A stretch of DNA of 64,000 nt from Mobula hypostoma. Taxonomy: Eukaryota. The stretch lies in assembly GCF_963921235.1 (NCBI RefSeq), contig NC_086097.1:218552001-218616000 (forward strand). Direction: 5' to 3'. A program made the position numbers and the translations under genes. Below are positions 1 to 13,368 of the stretch, piece after piece. The first letter of the stretch is position 1. Each line of letters begins with the position of its first letter. Below the pieces are notes generated by a model that searched no databases, had not been told where the DNA came from, and worked only from the letters and a program-made list of their open reading frames with translations.

Positions 1-440
1 TCTCACACCATTTGAACTAAGGAGACAAAAATGAGCATAGTTCTGAACATGCTGCACAGAAATAACATGATTTTCTGATTTTTATACTCTATCCTTGAGC
101 ATTTCTTATTCCATGCACATGAATGACACCATTATTTGATTAATGCTGGACTGGATTGGGCTGGCAAAGCTGCAGCTAATTTTAGAACAGATGCATTCAG
201 TATAACAGCTGAGATATTGTTATGTTTTTCTGGCATCAGTGAAGCTCCATATAGGGTTAACCAATTAATGATCAAAGTTGCCACTTGAAACTTATGTGGT
301 TCTAACTTGCTAAAGAAACTGGAGAAGTTTATTCTAGACATAGTTCAGGAAAATGATATCAAAGTTTTCAATATTCTGTGGAGAAAAGAAGGAAAATATG
401 TAATGAATATATTAATAGTTGTTTTATTGAGATAGCTGTG

Positions 441-712
441 TGAGCACGTGGCCAAGTGGTTAAGGCATTGGACTAGCTACCTGAAGGTCGTGAGTTCGAG
501 CCCCAGCCGAGGGAACGTGTTGTGTCACACATTGCTCTGCAACGACACTGGTGCCAAGCTGTATGGGTCCTAATGCCCTTCCTTTGGACAACATTGGTGT
601 TGTGGAGAGGGGAGACTTGCAGCATGGGCAACTGCTGGTCTTCCATACAACCTTGCACAGGCCTGCACCCTGGAGAGTGAAGACCATGGTCTCGCAAGAC
701 TAATGGATGCCT
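441..712 (+). mobile_element. tRNA-derived SINE
   Basis: Pol III A box TGGCCAAGTGG (449-459) and B box GTTCGAGCC (494-502), followed by a ~200-nt non-tRNA body. Possible degenerate TSD ttattgagatag / ttactgaaatag. Confidence 0.75.
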
Positions 713-853
713 TTATTACTGAAATAGAGATTGTGTGAAATAGGTCGCTCAGGGAGGTTATGAAGATACACAGTGCTAGAAAAATAAATAGTTGAAAAAT
801 ATTTTTATCATATGTTAAAATTAGTTGAATATACATAGGATTTCAATTGTAGT

Positions 854-872
854 ATGTATATATATATATATG
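854..872. repeat. (TA)n microsatellite
   Basis: tatgtatatatatatatatg. Confidence 0.8.
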
Positions 873-1969
873 ATTTACAATTATCTTTCTAGTACCATTG
901 AATCCTATGAACACACACTAATGTAGACTAATTGAGAAACCAAATGATGTACATAATGTATAAATTATATTTTACAGGCTAATTAATTAGTTATTGGCCT
1001 TAATGGAGGTAAACAAAATACAGTGAATATTTTTGTGTCTTCTTGAGGTTTGCTTTTACATATACCGTAGCCATAACCTGAGAAAATCTTTTTAATCACA
1101 TGATATTCAATCCCAGATTATGTACATAGTGCAATCATCTGATTAAAGATGAAAGAATTCTCTGTGACAGTATAACTAATATAATGCATATATTTCATTT
1201 GCAGTATCACAAAAATTAGCTTAGAGGAAAACATCAATTGACGGTGAAATGCAGCACTGCGCAATTTAATGATAATAAGAATAAATATGAAAAGCTAATG
1301 CATTCTTGTAAACTAGCACTAATTAATTAAGTGATTTTATATCCAGCATTCAGTTATGGAGGAAAATACTTTAGCTTCCAGCATAAATGTACATCTGTCA
1401 AAATCTCCGAGCTGCAATGAAAGCATTTATAGCTTGCTTTATTAGAGTATGCTAAATTAGAATGGGGACTTGGTTTGAAGCCAATATTGGAATGGATTGG
1501 AATTGAGAACCACTTTTATTTTGTAAAGTTCAGTTCAGATGAAATCATATCACGTATTTTCCACAATCTCTCTTATTTAATAAGTGATTAGTAAAAGCAG
1601 ATTTACTTAACTATTTATTAGAGAATATAAATGTAATTGGGAAAACACAAACAACAGATAGTAGTCAATTATTTCAGATATTAAAATTCCCATGGAATTT
1701 CACTTTAGCTATAAAAATGTGTAGAGCATATGCATATTCATAAATATTTTATTGAAAAGGAATCAATGGACCAAAGGGCCTGATTCTGTGCCGTATTTCT
1801 CTTCTCTATGAAGTGGGGTATTACAGAAATTGTTTAGCAGGTCCTCACTGCGACGCAACCTGCTCCCAATCATGTTTGTAACTCCAAAACATAAAACTAA
1901 TCGAAAGAAAAACATTGAGCCAGGAAGAACGTGTCTTAGTTTTTACTTTGGTGAGGCATCACATGTGGC

Positions 1970-4900
1970 ACTGGATCTCAAGAGAGAGAATTTGTAGAAT
2001 GTCTGTGAGGATGGCTTTTTAGAACAGCTTGTTGTTGAGCCCACCAGGGGATCAACTGTACTGGATTGGGTGTTGTGTAATGAACCGGAGGTGATTAGAG
2101 AGATTGAGGTGAAGGAACCCTTAGGAGGCAGTGATCATAACATGATTGAGTTCACTGTGAAATTTGAGAAAGAGAAGCCAAAATCTGATGTGTCGGTATT
2201 TCAGTGGAGTAAAGGAAATTACAGTGGCATGAGAGAGGAACTGGCCAAAGTTAACTGGAAAGGGACATTAGCGGGAAGGATGGCAGAGCTGCAGTGGCTG
2301 GAGTTTATGCGAGAATAGACAACAGACAATAGGTGCAGGAGTAGGCAATTCCGCCCTTCGAGCCAGCAGCGCCATTCACTGTGATCATGGCTGATCATCC
2401 ACTATCAGTATCCAGTTCCTGCCTTATCCCCATAACCTTTGATTCCGCTATCTTTAAGAGCTCTATCCATCCCTTTTTTGAAAGCATCCAGAGACTTGGC
2501 CTCCACAGCCTTCTGGGGCAGAGCATTCCATATATCCACCACCCTCTGGGTGAAAAAGTTTTTCCTCAACTCCGTTCTAAATGGCCTACCCCTTATTCTT
2601 AAACTGTGGCCTCTGGTTCTGGACTCACCCATCAGCAGGAACATGCTTCCTGCCTGCAGCGTGTCCAATCCCTTAATAATCTTATATGTTTCAATAAGAT
2701 CCCCTCTCAGCCTTCTAAATTCCAGAGTATACAAGCCCAGTCGCTCCAATCTTTCAACATATGACAGTCCCGCCATCCCGGGAATTAACCTTGTGAACCT
2801 ACGCTGCACTCCCTCAATAGCAAGAATGCCCTTCCTCAAATTTGGAGACCAGAACTGCACACAGTACTCCAGGTGTGGTCTCACCAGGGCCCTGTACAGC
2901 TGCAGAAGGACCTCTTGGCTCTTATACTCAATTCCCCTTGTTATGAAGGCCAGCATACCATTAGCTTTCTTCACTGCCTGCTGTACTTACATGCTGGCTT
3001 TCAGTGACTGATGTACAAGAACACCTAGATCTCGTTGTGCTTCCCCTTTTCCTAACTTGACTCCATTTAGATAATAATCTGCCTTCCCGTTCTTACCATC
3101 AAAGTGGATAACCTCACATTTATCCACATTAAACTGCATCTGCCATGCGTCTGCCCACTCACCCAGCCTGTCCAAGTCACCCTGCATTCTCATAACATCC
3201 TCCTCACATTACACACTGCCACCCAGCTTTGTGTTATCGGCAAATTTGCTAATGTTACTTTTAATTCCCTCATCTAAATCATTAATATATATTGTAAACA
3301 GCTGCGGTCCCAGCACTGAACCCTGTGGTACCCCACTGATCACTGCCTGCCATTCCGAAAGGGACCCGTTAATCGCTACTCTTTGTTTTCTGTCAGCCAG
3401 CCAGCCAATTTTCAATCCATGTCAGTACTCTGCCCCCAATACCATGTGTCCTAATTTTGCCCACTGATCTCCTATGTGGGACTTTATCAAAGGCTTCCTG
3501 AAAGTCCAGTTACACTACGTCCACTGGCTCTCTCTTGTCCATTTTCATAGTTACATCCTCAAAAAATTCCAGAAGGTTAGTCAAGCACGATTTCCCCTTC
3601 ATAAATCCACGCTGACTTGGACCAATCCTGTTACTACTATCCAGAAGTGTCATAATTTCATCTTTTATAATTGACTCCAGCATCTTTCCCACCACTGATA
3701 TCAGGCTAACTGATCTATAATTCCCTGTTTTCTCTCTTCCTCCCTTCTTGAAGAGAGGGACAACATTAGCCACCCTCCAATCCACAGGAACTGATCCTGA
3801 ATCTATAGAACATTGGAAAATGATTACCAATGTGTCCATGATTTCTAAAGCCACCTCCTTAAGTACCCTGGGATGCAGACCATCAGGTCCCCAGGACTTA
3901 TCAGCCTTCAGACCCAGCAGCCTATCCAACACCATTTCCTGCCTAATATAAATTTCCTTCAATTCATCCATTACTCTAGGTCCTTTGGCCACTATTACAT
4001 CCGGGAGATTGTTTGTGTCTTCCCTAGTGAAGACAGATCCAAAGTACCTGTTCAACTCGTCTGCCATTTCCTTGTTCCCCATAATAAATTCACCCGCTTC
4101 TGTCCTCAAGGGCCCAATTTTGGTCTTAACTATTTTTTTCCTTTTCGCATACCTAAAGAAGCTTTTACTATCCTCCTTTATATTCTTGGCTAGTTTACCT
4201 TCGTACCTCATTTTTTTTCCACGTATTGCCTTTGTAGTTACCTTCTGTTGCTCTTTAAAAATTTCCCAATCCTCCGGCTTCCCACTCGTCTTTGCTATGT
4301 TATACTTCTTCACTTTTATTTTTATACTGTCCATTACTTCCCTTGTCAGTCACGGCCTCCCCTTACTCCCCTTAGGATCTTTCTTCCTCTTTGGAATGAA
4401 CTGATCCTGCACTTTCTGCATTATTCCCAGAAATACTTGCCATTGCTGTTCCACTGTCGTCCCTGCTAGGGTATTGTTCCATTGAACGTTGGCCAGCTCC
4501 TCCCTCATCGCTCCATAGTTTCCTTTGTTCAACTGTAATACTGACACTTCCGAGTTTCCCTTCTCCCTCTCAAATTGTAGATTAAAACTTATCATATTAT
4601 GGTCACTACCTCCTAATGGCTCCTTTATCTCAAGGTCCCTGATCAAATCCAGTTCATTGCACGACACTAAATCTAGAATTGCGTTCTCTCTGGTAGGCTC
4701 CAGTACAAGCTGCTTTAAGAATCCATCTTGGAGTGACTCCAAAAACTCCCTTTCTTGGGGTTCAGTACCAACCTGATTCCTCCAGTCTACCTGCATGTTG
4801 AAATCACCCATAACAACTGTAGCATTACCTTTGCGACATGGCAATTTTAACTCTTGATTCAACTTACACCCTACATCCAGACTACTATTTGGGGGCCTGT

Positions 4901-6860
4901 AGATAACTCCCATTCGGGTCTTTCTACCCTTACAATTTCTCAGTTCTATCCATACTGACTCTAAGTCTCCTGATTCTATGTCCCCCCTCGCAAGGGACTG
5001 AATATCATTCCTCACCAACAGAGCCACCCCCCCCCGCCCATCAGTCTGTCCTTTCAATAGGACGTAACCTTGAATATTTATTTCCCAGGCCCTGTCCGCT
5101 TGAAGCCATGTCTCTGTTATTCCCACAACATCATACTTACCAATTTCCAACTGAGCCTCAAGCTCATCCACTTTATTTCTTATACTCCGTGCATTCATAT
5201 ACAATACTTTTAATTCATTACTCCCCTCACCTCCCATATCAATTCCTATTTCACTTGGCCATACTGTACGATCCCTTCTTGAGCTTTCTGCTCTGTTGAT
5301 TCTGTTGTCATTCTTAACTTTTCTTATTCTCACTTTCCCTTTATCTCCATCCTTATGTTTCCAGTTTGTCCCCTCTCCGCCACTACTTAATTTAAACACA
5401 CCCGTGTTGCAGAGGCAAACCTGCCTGCTAGAATGCTGGTGCCCTGCTTATTAAGGTGCAACCCGTCCCTTTTGTACAATTCATCCTTCCCCCGAAACAT
5501 ACCCCAGTGGTCCAAGAATGTAAATCCTTGCTTCCTGCACCAGTTCCTCAGCCACACATTCAGATCCATTATCTCCCTGTTCCTGCCCTCTCCAGCACGG
5601 GGAACTGGAAGCAAACCAAAGACAACCACCCTGGAAGTCCTGGAAGAAGTGAGGAAGATGCAAGACAGATATATTCCAAAAAAGAAGAAATTTTTGAATG
5701 GAAAAAGGATGCAACCGTGGCTGACAAGAGAAGTCAAAGCCAAAGTTAAAGCAAAGGAGAGGGGATACAAGGAAGCAAAAACTAGTGGGAAGACAGAGGA
5801 TTGGGAAGTTTTTAAAAGCTTACAAAAGGAAACTAAGAAGGTCATTAAGAGGGAAAAGATAAACTATGAAATGAAGCTAGCAAATAATATCAAAGAGGAT
5901 ACTAAAAGCTTCTTCAAGTGTATAAAGAGTAAAAGACAGGTGAGAGTAGATATAGGACTGATAGAAAAATGATGCTGGAGAAATTGTAATGGGAGATAAG
6001 GAGATGTTGGAGGAACTGAACGAGTATTTTGCATCAGTCTTCACTGAGGAAGACATCAGAAGTATACCGGACACTCAAGGATGTCTGGGAAGAGAAGGTG
6101 TGCAGTCACAATTATGACAGAGAAAGTATTCAGGAAGCTGAATAGTCCAAAGGTAGATAAATCTCCCGGACCAGATGGAATGCTCCCTCGTGTTCTGAAG
6201 GAAGTAGCTGTGGAGATTGCGGAGGATAATCTTTCAAAAGTAAATAGATTCTGGCATGGTTCCGGAGGACTGGAAGATTGCAAATGTCACTCCGCTATTT
6301 AAGAAGGGGGTAAGGAAGCAAAAAGGAAATTATAGTCCTGTTAGCTTGACGTCAGTGGTTGGGAAGTTGTTGGAGTCGATTGTCAAGGATGAGGTTACGG
6401 AGTACCCGGAGGCATATGACAAGATAGGCAGAACTCAGCATGGTTTCCTTAAAGGAAAGTCCTGCCTGAGTTGTTTGCGTTGACAAACCTATTGCAATTT
6501 TTTGAGGAAATTACAAGTAGGCTAGACAAGGGAGATGCAGTGGATGTTGTGTATTTGGATTTTCAGAAGGCCTTTGAAAAGGTGCCACACATGAGGCTGC
6601 TAAACAAGGTAAGAGCCCATGGAATTACGGGAAAGTTACATACGTGGATAGAGCGTTGGCTGATTGGCAGGAAACAGAGAGTGGGAATAAAGAGATCCTA
6701 TTCTGGTTGGCTGCCAGTTACCAGTGGTGTTCCACAGTGGTCCGTGTTGGGGCTGCTTCTTTTTGCGTTGTACATCAATGATTTGGATTATGGAATAGAT
6801 GGCTTTGTGGGTAAGTTTGCTGATGATACAAAGATAGGTGGAGGGGCCGGTAGCGCTGAG
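1970..6860 (+). mobile_element. CR1 LINE fragment (late EN to RT FADD), split by a nested CR1
   Basis: LGGSDHNMI motif at 2070-2318. The frame resumes as VRKMQDRYIPKK at 5649 and runs to YINDLD...KFADDTKIGG at ~6840. Frameshifts and stops present; no 3' tail. Confidence 0.9.
2316..5644 (-). mobile_element. Young 5'-truncated CR1 LINE: ORF1 esterase C-terminus, broken ORF2 (APE endonuclease + RT), 3' tail
   Basis: ORF1 end ...LYKRDGLHLNKQG...CLN* (SGNH DxxH motif). ORF2 motifs [50 protein letters not shown]. Tail (TATTGTC)n. Confidence 0.95.
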
Positions 6861-7289
6861 ATTTCTTAAATTTGGCTGGGCCGGGGGCTATCATCCCCTA
6901 GATTAAGCTGCTAGCTGTACCGAGGGTTACACAGATATCTGCAGCATAGCAAATTTTAAATTGTCCCATAAAGACTTAATTGCTGTGGAGGATTTCTTAC
7001 CCTTTGTGAGATAACCTCTTTCCTGACAGGAATGGAGGGGCGGTGTCGCTCTACCTGGCAGGTGAGACTTGTGGCTGTGAAACAATCTCGGGTACTGTCC
7101 TCCTTGGTGGTTGTAGGAATTGACTCTGGGACTGCAGGAAGTGGTTCTGATAGATCTGGACATCTTTCTTCTCTAACAATTGGCTCTGATCTCCTCAACT
7201 GATCAATGTGTTGTCTCCAGATAACGTCAGACATATTCTCTGCTGTGCAGGAGAATGGTCCAGTGCTGTCCTTAATCTTTCCACATTTC

Positions 7290-7778
7290 CAAGGCTCCAG
7301 AACAGTGTCACCAGCACCAGCCAACCCGCCATCAAATGCATACCGTATATACAGAAAAGTGCCAGGAAAGGGCCAGTAATATCAAGAAGGCTCCCACCCA
7401 CCTTATACATGGACTGTTTGTCCCACTCCCATCAGGGAGGAGGCTACATAGCATCCACACCAGGTCCACCAGACTCAAAAATGGTTACTTTTCCCAAGCA
7501 GTAAGGCTGAGCAACACCTCCACCCACTAACTCCACAACTACTTATATCATTTCTTGTCAGTCACCTTATGTACAGCCCAGTGTCACTTTATGAACATAA
7601 ATCAATCTATGTATATAAGCTACTGTATCTTGTGTATTTACGTTTATTGTGTTTTTTAATTGTTATTGTGCTCTCTATCTTTTGCGTTTATTTTTGTGCT
7701 GGATCGGATCCAGAGTGACAATTATTTCATTCTCCTTTACGCTTGTGTATGGGAAATGACATTAAGCCATCTTGAATC
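7290..7778 (+). mobile_element. Rex1/Babar-type LINE 3' fragment
   Basis: PTHLIHGLFVPLPSGRRLHSIHTRSTRLKNGYFSQAVRL C-terminal signature, then a T-rich 3' UTR ending tcttgaatc. Confidence 0.75.
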
Positions 7779-7879
7779 CAAACCAAATTTGTTCGTGGAT
7801 TAGGGCAATAGACTGCAATGAACTGGAATGTATAGTGAACACAAGTGAGGAACTAAGATAAAACACTGTGGACATTTTG

Positions 7880-8280
7880 CTACGCAGCATGGAAACAGCT
7901 TGTTCATGCTGACCAAGATCCTTAAGTGAGCTGATCCCATTTGGTTGCTTTTGGCCCATATCCCTCCAGACCTTTCCTATCCAAGTAGTTGTCCAAAATA
8001 TTTTAAACCTGGTAATTGTACCTGTCTCTATTGCTTCTCCTATTGGCATATTTCATATACCCATCACCCTCTGTGTGAAACTTTGCCTTTCCAGACCCCT
8101 TTAAATTTTGCCTCACCCGGGAAAGCAGTCACAGTCCATCTGTAATTTCCTTATAATTGAGGCCTTCCAGGTGTGGAAAAGGTACAAAAGTAACATCCTT
8201 GTTTATCTTTTCTGCAGCCTCTCTGGCTTAATCACATCCTTTTGATAAACAGCCACCAGAACTGCAGATAATGCAGAAAT
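7880..8280 (-). mobile_element. Old degenerate CR1 3' fragment
   Basis: Reverse complement resembles the CR1 3' region (tttggcccatatccctc, ccagaactgca). Confidence 0.6.
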
Positions 8281-8282
8281 AG

Positions 8283-9258
8283 ACCCCTACTCTTCATGAT
8301 TTTTATAAATGACCTGGACGAGGAAATGGAGGGATGGGTTAGTAAGTTTGCCGATGACGCAGAATTTAGAGGTGTTGTGGATAGTGTGGAGGGCTGGCTG
8401 TCAGAGGTTACAGTGGGGCATTGATAGGATGCAAAACTGGGCTGAGAAGTGGCAGATGGAGTTCAACCCAGATAAGTGTGAGGTGGTTCATTTTGGTAGG
8501 TCAAATATGATGGCAGAATATTGTATTAATGGTAAGACTCTTGGCAGTGTGGAGGATCAGAGGGATCTTGGGGTCGGAATCCATAGAACACTCAAAGCTG
8601 CTATGCAGTTTGACGCTGTGGTTAAGAAGGCATATGGTGCATTGGCCATGATCAATCATGGGGTTGAGTTTAAGAGCCGAGAGGTAATGTTGCAGTTATA
8701 TAGGACCTTGGTCAGACCCCACTTGGAGTACTGTGCTCAATTCTGGGCGCTTCACAACAGTAAGGATGTGGAAACCATAGAAAGAGTGCAGAGGAGATTT
8801 ACAAGGATGTTGTCTGGATTGGAGAGCATGCCTTATGAGAATAGAGTGAGTGAACTTGGCCTTTTCTCCTTGGAGCAACGGAGGATGAGAGGTGACCTGA
8901 TAGAGGTGTATAAGATGATGAGAGGCATTAATTGCCTGGATAGTCAGAGGCTTTTTCCCAAAGCTGAAATGGCTATCACAAGAGGGCACAGTTTTAAGGT
9001 GCTTGAGAGTAGGTAGAGAGGAGATGTCAGGAGTAAGTTTTTTATGCAGAGAGTGTTGAATGCATGGAATGGGCTGCCAGCAACGGTGGTGGAGGTGGAT
9101 ACAATAGGGTCTTTTAAGAGACTCCTAGACAGGTACATGGAGCTTAGAAACATAGAGGGCTATGGGTATCCCAAGGTAATTTCTATAGTAAGGACACATT
9201 CGGCACAGCTTTGTGGTCTGAAGGGCCTGCATTGTGCTGTAGGCTTTCTATGTTTCTA
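8283..9258 (+). mobile_element. CR1 LINE 3' fragment (RT C-terminus)
   Basis: WQMEFNPDKCEVVHFG, RPHLEYCAQFW, RGDLIEVYK; tail ttctatgtttcta. Confidence 0.92.
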
Positions 9259-10286
9259 AGTGCAGTCTCGTCAAAGTCTTGTTCAACTGAAACATGATGA
9301 CCCAAATCTTGTACGCAGAATCTCTGCTGAGGAAGTCTAATGTGGCATGTCATAAACACACGAGGTACTGCAGATGTCTGAGCAACACCCACAATCCATG
9401 GAAGGGAATAAACTGTCGATATTTTGGGCCGGGTCTGGAAAGGAAGGGGGCAAATGTCGGTTGGACTCATCCCAAAATGTCAACAATTCCTTCCCACCTC
9501 CAACCCCTGACACTGCTCAGTGTGCTGAGTTCCAATGCATGCTTCCTGCATCAAGGACAGTATCTGTCTAGATGGCATGCAAGCAAATGGTTTTTACTGC
9601 ATTTCATGTGACATATTGAACAATTGCCCATCTCCTGCAACAGCTTAATTTTCCTTCAAATGTAACTCTGCTATTTGGTGTTTCGGTGATATTTACTAAC
9701 TACCAGCGGCATGAATGGTAAGAAAACTTAAAAACAGGCCAACCACTCCCCTTTAAGGATGCAGTAAAAACAAAAGCAAATCGTGCATAGTTTGACAAGC
9801 GAAAACATCGAACTCATCCATTGAAATGTGATTATTTGCAACAAGGGATGGGAATAAGTAACTAATCATTTGTATTGTTTAGTATTGAGGAGCAGGGAGA
9901 GAAGTGATGCAAGAGTGGAGTTGGTGAGGATGAGGAAAATGAACAAAGTTTAGCCTTGTACCTGGCACCACAACATAGTCTGGTGTCTTGAGAGATGAAC
10001 AGATTAAATTAGAGGGGTGTGTGTCACCAGGCCTAATAAGATTGTAGTCTGACTCAAGGTGTAGTAAGCTGTGTGGACTGCAGGGGCAAGGTCCATACAA
10101 CTGTCTTGCCGCAGAAGATTCAAGAGTTCTATGATTGTGATGCCTTCCTGAAAAGATTAATGTTGATGTCCTTCGAAAAATACAGCGAAGTGTGTTGTTT
10201 GTGTCAATGACCCAACACAGTCTGCATTATGCTGGGAGCAGCCTGCAAGTGTCACCATGCTTTTGGTGTCAATATAGCATGCCCAC

Positions 10287-10526
10287 AAACATGAGAAAAT
10301 CTGCAGGCGCTGGGAATTCAAGGCAAAGCACACGAAATGCTGGAGGAACTCAGGAGGTCAGGTGGCATATATGGAAATGAATATACAGTTGACGTTTTGG
10401 GTCGAGACTCTTCATCAGGACTGTTTATTCATTTCCGTAGATGCTGCCTAATCTGCTGAATTCCTCCAGAATTTTGTGTGTTTTTGCCTTGAATTTCCAG
10501 CCTCTGCTGACCCTACTCGTATGTCT
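10287..10526. mobile_element. Palindromic (MITE-like) derivative of the Penelope-like tail, with a degenerate hammerhead in the loop
   Basis: ~100-nt inverted arms (10287-10389 / 10420-10526). The centre reads CAGTC-CTGATGA-AGAGTCTCGACCC-AAAAC-GTC-AACTG on the - strand. Confidence 0.75.
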
Positions 10527-11571
10527 TTGGAATACGGGAGAAACTGGGCCGCCCGAAGCAAACCCGCAGGATCATAGGGAAATCGTACAAGCTCTTTGCA
10601 CAGAATTCTCTTTGTTTTCAGTGAATCGCCAAGTCATTAGCAATGCTCAAATGCAAACTGTGCAGCCATATGTTACACTGCTGTGACAGATGTGAGTATT
10701 GCTGCATACTCTATGATGCCTCCTTAAGAATTGTTGCTAATATCACACATGTCAATTGTTGCTAGCCTGTGAACTATACCTTCCCATCAAAAATGATTGC
10801 AGCATGATTGCTAATGTTCAGGCTTGTAGATGATTTGCATTGGGTCAGTGATTTAGCAAATACCCTTCTGAAATTCTGACAATATTTCCGTACTTCTTTC
10901 ATTTGAGGGATGAGGCTTTTGAGGTTCAGCTGTGACATCTCCGTCTATGTTCCCCTTGCTCCTTCAGGCCCAGTCTAATAAGCTTTCAAGCTCCTTGTTT
11001 TAATGAGGCTCTTCCTCTGGCTGCTGCCTGTGATGTGCAGGGTTGTGCAGCATGCAGTTTATTTTGGTGAAGTCTTCACATCTGTAAGCTATATACTGCA
11101 GGATATCTCCAGAGAGATACATGTAACCAGCTCTCGACTTTGGGAGAAAAAAAGATGCTTTTCCCCAAGGTTTTGATAATGCAGTGGCACTAGTTGTTTC
11201 AGTGCTCAGCTGTTGTGGTTGGAGACCAAATAGAAGTGACAAGCATTTAATTGGAGTAAGGGGAAATATGAAGCTATCAGGCAGGAACTTGGAAGCATAA
11301 ATTGGGAACAGATGTTCTCAGGGAAATGTACAGCAGAAATGTGGCAAATGTTCAAGGGATATTTTCCTGACGTTCCGCATAGTACGTTCCAATGAAACAG
11401 GGGAAGGATGGTAGGGTACAGGAACCGTGGTGCACAAAAGCTGTTGAAAATCTAGTCAAGAAGAAAAGAAAAGCTTACGAAAGGTTCAAAAAACTAGGTA
11501 ATGATAGAGATCTAGAAAATTATAAGGCCAGTAGGAAGGAGCTTAAGAATGAAATTAGGAGAGCCAGAAGG

Positions 11572-11849
11572 ATGCTCTCCGAAGGTGCTTGGAAGTAGGT
11601 ACAGAGGTGAAGTCGGGTAAATTTTTTACGCACAGAGTGGGTGAGTGCGTGAAATGGGCTGCCGGCGATGGTGGTGGAGGCAGATACGATAGGGTCTTTT
11701 AAGATACTCCTGGATAGGTACATGGAGCTTAGAAAAACAGAGAGCTATGGGTAACCTTAGGTAATTTCTAAGTAAGTACATGTTTGGTACAGCATTGTGG
11801 GCCGAAGGGCCTGTATTGTGCTGTAGGTCTTCTATATTTCTATGTTTCT
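11572..11849 (+). mobile_element. Short CR1 3'-end insertion
   Basis: 3' UTR plus tail ttctatatttctatgtttct; AAGG duplicated at 11568-11571 and 11850-11853. Confidence 0.8.
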
Positions 11850-13055
11850 AAGGGGCCATGAGAAGGCATTCTACAAGTATGTGAAGAGCAGGAGGATAAG
11901 AGGTAAGAGAGTAGCATAGTGTGACAGTGGAAAAGTGTACGGAACCAGAGGAGATAGCGGAGGTACTAAATGAATACTTTGCTTCAGTATTCGCTACGGA
12001 AGAGGACCTTGGTGATTGTAGGAATGACTTACAGCGGACTGTAAAGCTTGAGCATATAGACTTTAAAAAAGCGGATGTACTGGAGCTTTTGGAAAGCATC
12101 AAGTTGGATAAGTCACTGGAACCGGACGGGATGTACCCCAGGCTACTGTGGAAGGCGAGGGAGGAGATTGCTGATCCTCTGGCAATGATCATCAATGGGG
12201 ACGGGAGAGATTCTGGAGGATTGGAGGGTTGCAGATGTTGTTCCCTTATTTAAGAAAGGGAGTAGAGATAGCCCAGGAAATTATAGACCAGTGAGTCTTA
12301 CTTCAGTGGTTGTTAAGTTAATGGAGAAGATCCCGAGAGACAGGATTTATGAACATTTGGAGAGGCATAATATGATTAGGAATAGTCAGCATGGCTTTGT
12401 CAAAGGCAGATCGTGCCTTATGAGCCTGATTGAATTTTTTGAGGATGTGACTGAACACATTGATGAAGATAGAGCTGTAGTTGTAGTGTATATGGATTTC
12501 AGCAAGACATTTGATGAGTTACCCCATGCAAGGCTTATTGAGAAAGTAAGGAGGCATGGGATCCAAGGGGACCTTGCTTTGTGGATTCAGATTTGGCTTG
12601 TCCACAGAAGGCAAAGAGTGGTTGTAGTCGGGTCATATTCTGCCTGGAGGTCAGTGACCAGTGGTGTGCCTCAGGGATCTGTTCTGGGACCCCTTCTCTT
12701 TGTGATTTTCATAAATGACCTGGATAAGGAAGTGGAGGGATGGGTTAGTAAATTTGCTGATGACACAAAGGTTGGGGTTGTTGTAGATTGTGTGGAGGGC
12801 TGTCAGAGTTTACAATGGGACATCAGTAAGAAGCAAAACTGGGCAGAGAAGTGGCAGCTGGAGTTCAACCCAGATAAGTGTGAGGTGGATCATTTTAGTA
12901 GGTAAAGTATGATGACAGGATATAGTATTAATGGTAAGAATCTTGGCAGTGTGGAGGATCAGAGGGATCTTGGGGTCCAAGTCCATAGGACACTCAAAGC
13001 TGCTGCGCAGGTTGACTGTGTGGTTAAGAAGGCATATCGTGCATTGGCCTTCATC

Positions 13056-13368
13056 GTCCAGAACGAGGGGTCACAGTTTGAGGATAAAGGGGAAGCCTTT
13101 TAGGACTGAGATTAGGAAAAACTTCTTCACACAGAGAGTGGTGAATCTGTGGAATTCTCTGCCACAGGAGACAGTTGAGGCTAGTTCATTGGCTATATTT
13201 AAGAGGGAGTTAGATATGGCCCTTGTGGCTAAAGGGATCAGGGGGTATTGGGGGGAAGGCTGGTACAGGGTTCTGAGTTGGATGATCAGCCATGATCGTA
13301 CTGAATGGTGGTGCAGGCTCGAAGGGCCGAACGGCCTACTCCTGCACCTATTTTCTATGTTTCTATGT
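13056..13368 (+). mobile_element. Short CR1 3'-end insertion of a different subfamily
   Basis: SRTRGHSLRIKGKPFRTE...KGIRGY plus tail ttttctatgtttctatgt. The host resumes exactly (gccttcatc|aaccatggg) with no TSD. Confidence 0.85.

Noticed and set aside
441..515. tRNA gene
   Set aside because: A and B boxes are present but there is no convincing acceptor stem or terminator, and it runs into a SINE body.
2439..3011. Long antisense ORFs over CR1 copies (also 3985-4404, 27502-27933, 28015-28419 and others)
   Set aside because: Shadow frames of CR1 ORF2 that recur in every copy; no independent gene evidence.
5433..5972. 179-aa ORF (and 5387-5845 on the other strand) as a novel gene
   Set aside because: Chimeric read-through across the junction of two oppositely oriented CR1 copies.
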